A stretch of DNA of 64,000 nt, taken from positions 256,001 to 320,000 of the forward strand of contig CAWJSJ010000001.1 in assembly GCA_963845565.1 (NCBI GenBank), in the 5' to 3' direction. The stretch is from an uncultured Methylomirabilota bacterium (GTDB taxonomy: Bacteria; Methylomirabilota; Methylomirabilia; Methylomirabilales; 2-02-FULL-66-22). The translations under genes were made by a program, and so were the position numbers. The notes under the pieces were generated by a model. It saw nothing but the letters and a program-made list of their open reading frames with translations. It did no database searches and was not told the origin of the DNA. Shown here piece after piece: positions 1-8,929 of this stretch (positions within the stretch are counted from its first letter, which is position 1; every line of letters begins with the position of its first letter).

Positions 1-34
1 GTGATGCGCCGCAGGGAGGAAGAGGTGGTGTAAG

Positions 35-439
35 ATGAACGAACTCGCCGTCGCCTCGCTGGTGGTCCTCGCAGTGGTGAGCGTGCTCTGGACCGTCATG
101 ATGGTCATCGTCACGTTGGAGCTTCGTCGGGCCTCCGGGCGGCTGCAGGAGTTCATCCGCTCGCTGGAGCTGGAGTTGAAGCCCACCATCCAGCAAACCC
201 GAGAGGCGATCCGCACTCTGAACCGGGTAGCCCAGGGAGCGGCGGAAGGGGCGGAGCGGGTGCAAGGCACCCTCGCGAAGCTCGAAGCGGTCGGGGACAA
301 CATCCGGGCCACGGCCCGCGTGGTGCGTTCGGCAGTCGGCTCGCGGTTGATCCCGGTGGCCGGCCTTTTGGCCGGGGTACGGGTCGGGGCCAACGTGCTG
401 TGGAAGCTGTCCACACAAAGGAGGAGGCGTCATGAGTGA
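35..439 (+). CDS. DUF948/YoxC-like membrane-anchored coiled-coil protein
   Basis: N-terminal TM helix, then an amphipathic helical region; overlaps a YtxH gene, which is a common pairing. Confidence 0.65.
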   Translation: MNELAVASLVVLAVVSVLWTVMMVIVTLELRRASGRLQEFIRSLELELKPTIQQTREAIRTLNRVAQGAAEGAERVQGTLAKLEAVGDNIRATARVVRSAVGSRLIPVAGLLAGVRVGANVLWKLSTQRRRRHE

Positions 440-743
440 GGAGCGCGGCTATTCCGGTTTGGGATTCGCGGTGGGCTTCATCCTCGGCGGAGCCCTCGGT
501 GTCAGCCTGGCGATGCTCTTTGCGCCGGAGCCGGGCCGGCGGACCCGCGAGCGGCTTCGGGACTTGGCTGCCGACGTGCGCGACAAGACCATTGACGTTT
601 CGGACGAGCTCCGGGACAAGGCCGAAGACGTCCTGGAACGCAGTCGCGAGGTGTTCGAAGAGAAGAAGTCCATCCTCTCGGCCGCGGTCCAGGCCGGCAA
701 GGAGGCAAGTCAGCGCCAGCGCGAGCGCCTCTCGGCGCACTGA
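432..743 (+). CDS. YtxH domain protein (general-stress/gas-vesicle-like)
   Basis: GFILGGALGVSLAMLFAPEPGRRTRERL is the YtxH signature; GGAGG RBS. Confidence 0.85.
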   Translation: MSEERGYSGLGFAVGFILGGALGVSLAMLFAPEPGRRTRERLRDLAADVRDKTIDVSDELRDKAEDVLERSREVFEEKKSILSAAVQAGKEASQRQRERLSAH

Positions 744-757
744 TCAGACGGGATGCA

Positions 758-826
758 ACCACAGATTTCGCAGAATATTCTCTGTGGATTTCTCCGCGAA
801 TCTGTGAGCTCTGGGTAATCTGTGGT
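758..826. repeat. Nested inverted repeats of an ACAGATT/AATCTGTG unit (hairpin or possible terminator)
   Basis: ACCACAGATT 758-767 pairs with AATCTGTGGT 817-826; extra TCTGTG copies at ~781 and ~801. Confidence 0.55.
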
Positions 827-919
827 GTGGTGTCTTTCCGCTCGCCGCGGAAGGAAGTGGCAGCCCATGGTCGAATTCCAACAAAGGGCGCCGGAGCGCC
901 CGCTGCGGACCCCGCGCCA

Positions 920-1068
920 TCCGAGATCATGGAGTCGGTCCGAAATCTCGGGCGGTTCCCGCCGCTCACGCCGCAGCGAGGTCGCCGCGGCATCCTGGCC
1001 AACCCGGCGTTTTCACCGGGGGAACCCGCGGCGAGACGCACGAAGGGGGATGTGGACCTCCGTTTGCA
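920..1068 (+). promoter_or_regulatory. sigma54 module 1 (tandem-palindrome UAS plus -24/-12 box) upstream of DUF3309
   Basis: TCCGAGATCATGGA-GTCGG-TCCGAAATCTCGGG 920-952; TGGACCTCCGTTTGCA 1053-1068 (GG-N10-GC). Confidence 0.8.
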
Positions 1069-1143
1069 CCTACCATAGTCAAGCAGCGCGTCAAGGGCAA
1101 GCACACTGGGAATCCTGATTCCCACGCGGGAAGGAGACGTTCG

Positions 1144-1323
1144 ATGCTACTGCTCATTCTTCTACTGGTGGTGTTGTTCGCCGGCGGCGGCGGCTATTAC
1201 GGGTATTCCCGCTGGGGGACCGGCGGGGGCCTGGGGATCCTCGGGACGGTCCTGCTCGTGGCGGTGCTCGTGTACCTGCTCGGTGGGATGAATTTCCCTG
1301 GCAGGATGCATTTCCCGGGGTAG
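1144..1323 (+). CDS. DUF3309-like small membrane protein (59 aa, not in ORF track)
   Basis: MLLLILLLVVLFAGGGGYYGYSRWGTGGGLGILGTVLLVAVLVYLLGG...; AGGAG RBS; paralog at 12401-12547. Confidence 0.8.
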   Translation: MLLLILLLVVLFAGGGGYYGYSRWGTGGGLGILGTVLLVAVLVYLLGGMNFPGRMHFPG

Positions 1324-1534
1324 CATCGAGCGGACGCCACGAGAAAGGCGAATGCAGCAGCGCGCGACTAGGCCCGGCGAGTCCGTGAGCGATAGGCAGG
1401 CGAGGCCTCACTCGATCTGGGCGGCGTGCAGACGACGCCTAATCACTTTGTCACACGGCGGGAGCACGCGGCACCTTCCGCGGATCGAGCGTGCGAACAT
1501 GCGTTACCCGCTCGGAAACGAAGGAGGACGACCC

Positions 1535-1891
1535 ATGACGACGAAGATCGTTGCGTTCTTACTGTTCACCGTGTTGTGCGTGCTGGGGAGCGGCACCGGG
1601 GCCGCGGCGGCTTCTCCCCCCGCGCCCCAGGTGCCCAACACCGGGGCCAATACTGGCAATCTTGATCTGACGAGCCCCGGCGGGTTCTTCGCGCCGCCCG
1701 CGCCCGCCGGGTCGCCGACCACGCCGCCCGCAGCCTCGGGCCCGGCCCTGTCCAGTCCCTTCCCGCCGCCGTATCGCTCGCAGATCCCCAACGTCCCCGC
1801 GACGCGCCCGTTGGGGCCTGGCACCGGCGGGACCCCGAATACCCCGGGGACGGTTGGTGGAACCGGGACTGCCCTGCCTCCAGCGCCCTAG
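1535..1891 (+). CDS. Secreted Pro/Gly/Thr-rich hypothetical protein
   Basis: AGGAGG RBS; signal peptide MTTKIVAFLLFTVLCVLG...AAA; low-complexity mature part. Confidence 0.65.
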   Translation: MTTKIVAFLLFTVLCVLGSGTGAAAASPPAPQVPNTGANTGNLDLTSPGGFFAPPAPAGSPTTPPAASGPALSSPFPPPYRSQIPNVPATRPLGPGTGGTPNTPGTVGGTGTALPPAP

Positions 1892-2185
1892 GCGAAAGAA
1901 TGGGCGGCATCGATTCACCCCATTCTAGCTCCGCCCACCCGGGACGCCATTAATTGAGCAAGAACACGGCGTCTACTGGGGGGCGCCCAGGAGCCTCTTG
2001 TCGAATCCTGCCTCGGCGGAGCCCTGTCTCGACGGCTATTCCGCACCCGGCGCACGCGACACAATCTTCTGCGCGCTTCTCTCTTGACATCCTCACGATA
2101 CTGCCTAAATTCTATAGTAGGAGGTCTATCCATGTATCCCCCCTGGAGACGGCAAGGGCCGGGTGGGATGGCGTACCGGGAAACG

Positions 2186-2237
2186 TCGAGGCCCCCGTCG
2201 GTTCGCTCATGACCGGTGGGGGCATTTGTGTTTTTTC
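2186..2237 (+). terminator. Probable intrinsic terminator
   Basis: GCCCCCGTCGGT...ACCGGTGGGGGC stem followed by ATTTGTGTTTTTT. Confidence 0.5.
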
Positions 2238-2358
2238 GAGGACGTTTCACCCAGCATGAAGGGCGTGCTCAATGCCCCGTTCCTCCACCCAAGGGAAAGG
2301 CGGGAATCGTGGGCGCAGGGCGGGAAGAACGTCGGCACGTCGTGAGGAGGTGGCCCAC

Positions 2359-2430
2359 ATGGCGAAGGCGCCTGGAAAGCCGCAACCTGGGAATCCAGAA
2401 CCGGGGAAGCCACAGCCGGGTCCAAGATAA
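2359..2430 (+). CDS. 23-aa micro-ORF MAKAPGKPQPGNPEPGKPQPGPR
   Basis: Strong GAGGAGGT RBS upstream; tandem PG(K/N)P(Q/E) repeats. Confidence 0.45.
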   Translation: MAKAPGKPQPGNPEPGKPQPGPR

Positions 2431-2526
2431 GGGAGGCCGGCCACGAGCCGAGGAGGCGCTGCGCCCCGGGCGAGGGGATCAGCTTGGTGAGGATGCCCAG
2501 TCTGATCCTGGCGAGGGGGAACACAC

Positions 2527-2928
2527 ATGGCGCACGACCACGGGAAGGAATATCAGATCAGCATTGTCCACGAGGACGGTACGGAGGAACTGAGCGGGTG
2601 GATGCAGCGCGAAGAGCAGGTGGCGCCCGCGATGGCGGCGATCCACCGGCCCCACGGTACTGCGTACTGGCTTCGGGAACGCAACGTACTCTGTCCCGAC
2701 TGCCGAGAAAGGGACCAGGGAATCTCGGAATATCCCCTGACGGCGATCCCGTCGCCTCGATACCGCCCCCACGACTCCGGGTATCTGCTGGTAGCGGGGT
2801 GGCGGAACCGGTCCGAGGTGCCCCCGCCGCGGCTGACACTTCTCGCGCAAGAAACGACGACGTTGGTGTCGATGGGATTAGAGATCGTCGCCGCCTCGCA
2901 GCGAGTTATATCCAAGCGAGCGGCGTGA
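2527..2928 (+). CDS. Hypothetical protein with a CxxC motif
   Basis: RBS GAGGGGG; globular-looking 133 aa containing LCPDC. Confidence 0.55.
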   Translation: MAHDHGKEYQISIVHEDGTEELSGWMQREEQVAPAMAAIHRPHGTAYWLRERNVLCPDCRERDQGISEYPLTAIPSPRYRPHDSGYLLVAGWRNRSEVPPPRLTLLAQETTTLVSMGLEIVAASQRVISKRAA

Positions 2929-2970
2929 GCGTGGGGGGGTCCCGCCGCCCAAGCTGAGTGTCACCTCCCG

Positions 2971-3120
2971 TCCGACCGATCGGAGGTTCTCCGAAATTTC
3001 GGGCGATTCGTGGCGTGGCTTCCCTCGCCTGTCGCCCGCCGCATCCCCGTCAACCATTTATTTCCAAACGGTGAACGCCGTGTCGCGCCCACGGCCTGGC
3101 GGGCTGGATCCGGTGTTGCA
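2971..3120 (+). promoter_or_regulatory. sigma54 module 2 upstream of OmpA lipoprotein
   Basis: TCCGACCGATCGGA-GGTTC-TCCGAAATTTCGGG 2971-3003; IHF-like CAACCATTTATTT at 3051; TGGATCCGGTGTTGCA 3105-3120. Confidence 0.85.
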
Positions 3121-3415
3121 TGTTGTGGAGTAGGCTCACAATTTCACCTGCTGCCGGGCCCCGCGGCTGCGCGGACACCCAAGCGCGAGATTGGGCGCGC
3201 CGAACCCAGAACCGCGGCTGCGGGGAACAAAAAGGGGGCGCGGGGTCGTGGACTTGGTCACCCGACGCGACTCCGCGTCCCTCCGGAGGATTCCCGTGGA
3301 GCTCACAGTTGCTCTGAACGAATCTGGTTCTGACCAACGCCGTGCCCGCAATGAGAGTTTGCCCGGAACGAGAGGTCAGGACAAGGTGCGCCTGACTGTG
3401 CGAAAGGAGGAGAGC

Positions 3416-4123
3416 ATGCGACGTGTTGTCTGGATGACGGTTGTGATTCCAGGGTTGGTGCTGCTGGTCTCTGGGTGCGCGACACGAGACTGGGTACGGG
3501 GATACGTGGCGCCGAAAGAGCTCGATATCGACCAGCGCATTGCGAAGGTCGAAGGGAAGGTCGGCGAGGAGACCGGGCGCATTGACCAGCGTATCACCGC
3601 GACAGAGGGACGGGTGACCGCGGGAACCCAGCGTATCGAGGGAATGAACGGCCGCATGAACACGCTCGAGACCTCCATTGGAGAGGCGGGAGAGGGGGCC
3701 AAGGTCGCTCGGGAGCGCGCGGACACCGCCGTGGCCAAAGCGGACGAGACCGATAGCCGGCTCACGCGTCTGTGGGACAGCCGCAACAATTGGAGCCTCG
3801 TGGAAACCATTGAGGTACCGTTCCGCTTTAACCGCTGGGACCTCAGCGATAAGTCCGAGACGGCTCTCGTGGGTTTGGTCCGCGAGCTGAAAACGAACAA
3901 TAAACTCGCCGTGGTCCTCGAGGGGTACACGGACCCGAGCGGGGACGCGGAGTACAACCTCCAGCTCAGTCAGCGCAGAGTCGAGACCGTGCGGCGGTTC
4001 CTCGTAAAGCAAGGGGTGGAGCTACCGCGGATCCATGCCGTCGGCCTGGGCCCGATCCTCGATCCCGCAACCCCCAAAGAACAGAAGCGCCGAGTGACGG
4101 TAAAGCTGACGCTCGCCGAATAG
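3416..4123 (+). CDS. OmpA-family lipoprotein with a coiled-coil N-terminal region
   Basis: Lipobox VSGC; C-terminal LEGYTD...YNLQLSQRR...RRV OmpA peptidoglycan-binding motif; AGGAGG RBS. Confidence 0.9.
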   Translation: MRRVVWMTVVIPGLVLLVSGCATRDWVRGYVAPKELDIDQRIAKVEGKVGEETGRIDQRITATEGRVTAGTQRIEGMNGRMNTLETSIGEAGEGAKVARERADTAVAKADETDSRLTRLWDSRNNWSLVETIEVPFRFNRWDLSDKSETALVGLVRELKTNNKLAVVLEGYTDPSGDAEYNLQLSQRRVETVRRFLVKQGVELPRIHAVGLGPILDPATPKEQKRRVTVKLTLAE

Positions 4124-4598
4124 GCCTTGGCGTCCGGGCGAAGACCCATCGCCAAATACTGCATTTGCTCACGCATTCCCCGAGAGTTCTGCGGGCGGCC
4201 CGACAAGGGTCGTCCGCAGAACTCTCCGATCTCCCGCGCGTCAGAGTGTTGAGCGTGCATTGCCACGAACCGAAGGCGCGGAGACAAGAGAACGGCTTCA
4301 AGAAGTTGGTTCAGGACGAGCAAGCCCCCCTGCGTCCCGTATTAATCCTCGTCGGCGGTGAACCTACGGCTCGCCTTAAAGCCCCGGCTCGTGCCTTCTG
4401 CTCGACAATACGCCGCTCCTTCTCGTATTCATGTGTCGAGATGGCTCCGCAAGAAACCGAAAGACACCCTGAAACACTGAAGGAACGGCATGCGTATAAG
4501 AATGCAGGGTGGGAAGTGAATACTCACTCTTACAAGAACGTCCAATCGCATTAGCGAGAAGTGGAAGAAACGATCGTAGTTCAGCAGGGAGGGGTCCA

Positions 4599-5059
4599 AT
4601 GCGTAAGCTCCTCGTAATTACTCTGGTTGGAGCCCTGGTGTTTGCCGCTCTTCCAGGCGCCGCTCTGGCGGGGGGAGGTTGGCACGGCGGGTATCGTGGT
4701 GGGTACGGCGGGTACTACGGGGGCCACGGCGGGTGGTGGTGGCCGGGGGCCGTCATCGGGGGCTTGGCGCTTGGCGCGGCCGCCATCGTGACCGCGCCAT
4801 TCTGGGCGTTATCCGCTGCGCCGGCGTATGCCCCACCACCGGCCTATGCGCCGCCCGTGGTGTACACCCCGCCGCCGATCCGCCGACCTACCAGCAGGCA
4901 CCGAGCTACCCGCCGCCGCCCCAGGCCGCTGCGATCCAGCGGGAGGTCGTCTATCCAACCGGGCGGTACGTGCTCTACGGTGACGGAGTGCGCCAGCCGT
5001 GGCGGTGGGTCTGGGTACCGTCAACGTCGCCGCCTCCGCCACCATCCCCGGTACCCTAA
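4599..5059 (+). CDS. Secreted Gly/Tyr/Pro-rich protein (frameshift near 4880)
   Basis: Signal peptide MRKLLVITLVG...ALA; glycine-zipper segment; the C-terminus (QREVVYPTGRYVLYGDG) continues in another frame. Confidence 0.65.
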
Positions 5060-5226
5060 CCTTTGCCGGTCACCCTCCATTGCCTGCTGTGGGGGGGCGG
5101 ATGATTTGCTCCGTTTCCTCCTGGCACGTCGTGAACGGGCACGCCAGGCCGACTGGCGCCGCCGCTTGGCGCCAATACGCCCACTCCCCTGCGAGTCCCA
5201 GCGCCCCCGCTCAGCGTCACCTCCCC

Positions 5227-5376
5227 TCCGACCCCTCGGAGGCGCTCCGAGATCTCGGGCGATTCCCGCTTACGCCTCGCTGGAGATTCCACCGCAGCAT
5301 CCGGTCCAACCACACGATTAATCAGGGCGGAGACCCCGTCAGCCTCAACGACCCGGGGGGTGGATCTGGTGTTGCA
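5227..5376 (+). promoter_or_regulatory. sigma54 module 3 upstream of micropeptide and BON gene
   Basis: TCCGACCCCTCGGA-GGCGC-TCCGAGATCTCGGG 5227-5259; TGGATCTGGTGTTGCA 5361-5376. Confidence 0.85.
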
Positions 5377-5531
5377 TATTCAGTTGAACGAGAGGTGCAC
5401 AGGACGGAGGGATGCGGGCGGAGCAGGCGTGGGGACGTGACACGTGCCCGGCTTTGGGTGCCCGGCCCGGCTGGAGGACCTGGGGAGCACCACTCGGCGG
5501 ATGGCCTCGCGCCATCCGGGAGGAGGTTCAC

Positions 5532-5606
5532 ATGTATTCGATCGTCTACATCGTGGGCGCGGTGGTCATCGTTATCGTGGTGTTGAAGATGGTCGGGCTC
5601 TACTAG
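5532..5606 (+). CDS. 24-aa single-TM micropeptide MYSIVYIVGAVVIVIVVLKMVGLY
   Basis: AGGAGG RBS; paralogs at 13207, 35360 and 44488. Confidence 0.75.
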   Translation: MYSIVYIVGAVVIVIVVLKMVGLY

Positions 5607-5767
5607 GCCGGATTATTCACGAAGGATTCGTGAATAATCCGGGCTTACCTGAAGAACAACCATTCCCGCCTGCAGCGGGAGGACACGCGGTGGTGGGCGG
5701 ACCGGGTACCCATCCACTAGGATGGGTGCGGTGTCACCATGCACCGGCGACGTCTGATCCGTTCCGG
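5603..5767 (+). repeat. Dispersed palindromic/MITE-like repeat, copy A (full length)
   Basis: CCGGATTATTCACGAA-GGA-TTCGTGAATAATCCGG palindrome plus ~110-bp multi-hairpin body; other copies at 15355, 28951 and 53342. Confidence 0.8.
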
Positions 5768-5889
5768 ACCGCCGATCCCAAGGGTTCTCGTTTTTCCGAG
5801 GGGAAGCTCCTCGACAGGTCGCCGGGGCTCGGAGCAGCGCGGGCGCCGCGTTTCTCATCAACAAGGGTGTGGAGAAGGGAGACGGAAAC

Positions 5890-6477
5890 ATGGCACGGGG
5901 AACGGTGATTGCGGTGTTGGCGCTGAGTCTGGGGATGCTTGCGGCCCCCAACCTCGCCGCCCAGGGGACGGCCAGCGGCGAGATGGCGTCCGCAGAGCGA
6001 GCGGTCAAGAACGCCGGGGCGACCGCCACGCGGGAGGTCACGGACTCGTTTCTCACCCTCCAGGCCAAGCTGGCCTTATTCGCGGACGAACGGGTCAGCA
6101 GCGGTGACGTCCACGTCACGACCCAGAATGGGGTCATTACGCTCCGCGGGAAGGTGGACAGTGAGACGGAGCAGCAGGCTGCCGGGGAGATCGCGCGAAC
6201 CATCGAGGGCGCGCGGGACGTGAGCAATCAGTTGACGGTGGTGCCGCAGGCAGAACGAAAGGCGGTCGAGCGGCAGGATGACCAGATCGTGAAGGACGTG
6301 AAGCGGGAGATCAAGAGAGATGCCGGTCTGAAGAAGGCCCGCATCCATGTGCGTGCAGACGACGGGATCGTCACGCTCACAGGGAAGACCCCATCGCTTG
6401 AGACGAGCGTCCGCGCCTCCGAGACAGCCCGCCGGGTGTCCGGTGTGCGCGCCGTGCGGAACGAGCTTGCGTTGTAG
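5890..6477 (+). CDS. Dual BON-domain (OsmY-like) periplasmic protein
   Basis: Signal peptide; two BON repeats (VTT.NGVITLRGKV; VRADDGIVTLTG...GVRAVRNEL). Confidence 0.9.
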   Translation: MARGTVIAVLALSLGMLAAPNLAAQGTASGEMASAERAVKNAGATATREVTDSFLTLQAKLALFADERVSSGDVHVTTQNGVITLRGKVDSETEQQAAGEIARTIEGARDVSNQLTVVPQAERKAVERQDDQIVKDVKREIKRDAGLKKARIHVRADDGIVTLTGKTPSLETSVRASETARRVSGVRAVRNELAL

Positions 6478-6677
6478 TGCAAAGGGGCACGTCCGCTAGG
6501 GTACCGGCCTCCGCCCGTGCCCGCGGCCGGCAGCGCGCCGCGGGTCTTCGGGTGAGGGTCGTGCCCCCGTCGCCGTGGGGTCGTTCGACGAAACGGAGAT
6601 TGCTGTACGCCAAATAACCCCTGTGTTGACGCGAAGCCCGGGGCAGCACCGGAGCCGCATGAGATAGGAGACGCAAC

Positions 6678-6881
6678 ATGTCCGTTGCCAAGATTTCAGA
6701 AATCAGTGCGACGTCGACCAAGAGTTTCGAGGACGCGATCCAGCAAGGGATTACGCGCGCGACCCGGACGCTACGGAACGTCACAAGCGCGTGGATCAAG
6801 GAGCAGCATCTCCGCGTCGAGAACGGACGGCCGGCAGAGTACCAGGTGAACATGATGGTGACGTTCGTGCTCGACGATTAG
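6678..6881 (+). CDS. Dodecin family flavin-binding protein
   Basis: MSVAKISEISATSTKSFEDAIQQGITRA..TLRNV...YQVNMMVTFVLD; AGGAG RBS. Confidence 0.9.
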   Translation: MSVAKISEISATSTKSFEDAIQQGITRATRTLRNVTSAWIKEQHLRVENGRPAEYQVNMMVTFVLDD

Positions 6882-7665
6882 CCTGGATCGGCCGGGTGCT
6901 GCGAAGCGCTTTTTGGCCAACGGCCGCGCCCGCACATCGAGGAGCCTGTGCCGCGCATGGGCGCACCAGGCGCCGGTCACGGATGCGCTCTACACCGACA
7001 TTGGCGCTGGCCACCTCGTGCGGTCCGTTCACGGCTCGCGCCGAACTTTCGCTCGCAGAGAACGGGGAGCGGTTCATACGTTCGCGTGAAGTTCGCCTTC
7101 AGCGCGACGGCTCCCGGCTCTGAACCGGGGGGGGCGCGTACGCGGCCGGGAAGAGAATGTGCCAGTTCCGAACGGCTCTGCATGCATCGAACGCGCGGCC
7201 GAGGTCGGCAGCACAGCGACGGAGCGCGGGGGCCGCCCCCGACTGACCGGGCGCGGAACAGGCACGCGCCGCCGTTCACGCGGGCCAGGCAAACGGAAAT
7301 CCGGGTCCTGGTGATAGGGGATCGATGGCTTGCGGTGCCTCGCGGCCGGAGGGCGACGATTCTCGACCTCGTCTGACAGTTTTGGTCCATCGATTGGAGA
7401 GGTGGATCAGCATCGCGGGGTGGTTAGGGGGTGTTGCCCCACGATGCAGCCGATCGGGCGTGTCTTCCTTCCTGATGCCCGAGAATCCCGACCTGGATGG
7501 CGGGGGACCGGAGCGATCGCGAGCCCGCTCGGGAATTCTCTTTGTGGACGGTCAGTTACGAGGGTGTCCAGGGCGGGAAAGAGACGCGTCCTGGCGTGAC
7601 GCGGCGACCTGCGCTCAGGCGCGGGCCATGCACAGGACCGATGATTTCCGGGACGACCGCACTCC

Positions 7666-7681
7666 TGGCACTGAGGTTGCA
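7666..7681 (+). promoter_or_regulatory. Canonical sigma54 -24/-12 promoter
   Basis: TGGCACTGAGGTTGCA matches TGGCAC-N5-TTGCW; no TCCGA UAS upstream. Confidence 0.75.
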
Positions 7682-7742
7682 ATACCCATTAGCGGCTCAT
7701 AATGCGCGAGGTGTTTCCTCTCGTGCCGAATGGAGGGCGACC

Positions 7743-8272
7743 ATGAAAATCCTGAACGGGGCTCGGGTGTTTGGCTCGACTCGGCCGCATGGATTTCTTC
7801 GTCCCGCCATGTGCCGGTAGTGGGATTGGGGGCGGTGCTGGGGCTGGTGGTGAGTCTCGTGGCTGCCTCGGCGTGGGCGGCGGAGGGGGAGACGATCGGC
7901 AGCATCAAGACCCTCCAGGGGCAGGCGGCCGTCGTCCGCACGCAGCAAATTCTCCCGGCGGAAATCGGATTGAAGCTGGTGAAAACCGACGTCCTCAAGA
8001 CCGGCCCGAACGGCAGCGTCGGGATCATTCTGCGGGACGACACGCTCCTCTCCGTGGGGCCGAACAGCGAACTGCTTCTGGCCGACTTTGTCTTTGCTCC
8101 GGCTGAGGGAAAGCTGTCCCTCGTGACCAGGCTGACGCAGGGGACTGCCGCCTACCTCAGCGGGCAGATCGGCAAGCTCGCGCCGCACGCGGTCCGTTTC
8201 GAGACGCCCGTGGCCACGATCGGGACGCGGGGGACGATGTTCGCGGTCAAGATCGATGCGCCCCGCCCGTGA
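7743..8272 (+). CDS. FecR-domain secreted protein (start uncertain, probable 5' frameshift)
   Basis: D.LKTGPNGSVGIILRDDTLLSVGPNSEL...TPVATIGTRGTMF FecR pattern; GGAGG RBS before ATG 7743, which is out of frame with the body. Confidence 0.75.
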
Positions 8273-8291
8273 GACCCGTCCGCCGTACGTG

Positions 8292-8912
8292 ATGCCCGGG
8301 CCGGCCGGTCGCGCGCTCCTGCTGATGTGTCTGTCTGCTCGGCGGCGTGGTGGGCTGTGCCACGCTCGCCCCTCCCGCGGCGGTCGTCGTCCTCCTCCAA
8401 GAGCCGGATGGCACCATCGGCCGGATCGACGTCCACACCGGACAGGGGACGCAAACCCTGAGTGCGGCCGGCCAGGCCACCACGGTGGCCACGCCGGTGC
8501 GCCCGCGTCGGCGCCGGTGACGCTCCCCGCCCAGGAGATCGCCGACACCTTCGGCGCCGCATTGGTCGCTCTCCCGAGCCCGCCGGTGCGATTCACGCTC
8601 TACTTTCTTTCGGACTCGGTCGAGTTGACGCCGCAGTCCACGCGCCTCATTCCTCAGATCGTCGCCGTCATCCGGGACCGCCGGTCCGTGGACACGAGCG
8701 TGGTCGGCCATACCGATACGGTCGCGTCCAAGGCGTACAACGACCCCCTCGCCCGGCGGCGGGCAGAAGCAGTCGGCAGGCTCCTGGAGGCCGGCGGCGT
8801 CGCCCCCGAGATCCTCGAGATTGCATCCCACGGCAAAGACAACCCGGCCGTCCCGACCGGCGACAACGTGGCCGAATTGCTGAATCGGCGCGTGGAGGTC
8901 ACGGTCTGGTAG
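8292..8912 (+). CDS. OmpA-family lipoprotein (frameshifted)
   Basis: C-terminal VVGHTDTV...YNDPLARRRA...NRRVEV; N-terminal VVLLQEPDGTIG segment lies in another frame. Confidence 0.75.
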   Translation: MPGPAGRALLLMCLSARRRGGLCHARPSRGGRRPPPRAGWHHRPDRRPHRTGDANPECGRPGHHGGHAGAPASAPVTLPAQEIADTFGAALVALPSPPVRFTLYFLSDSVELTPQSTRLIPQIVAVIRDRRSVDTSVVGHTDTVASKAYNDPLARRRAEAVGRLLEAGGVAPEILEIASHGKDNPAVPTGDNVAELLNRRVEVTVW

Positions 8913-8929
8913 TGGGGACAGGGGGAAAT

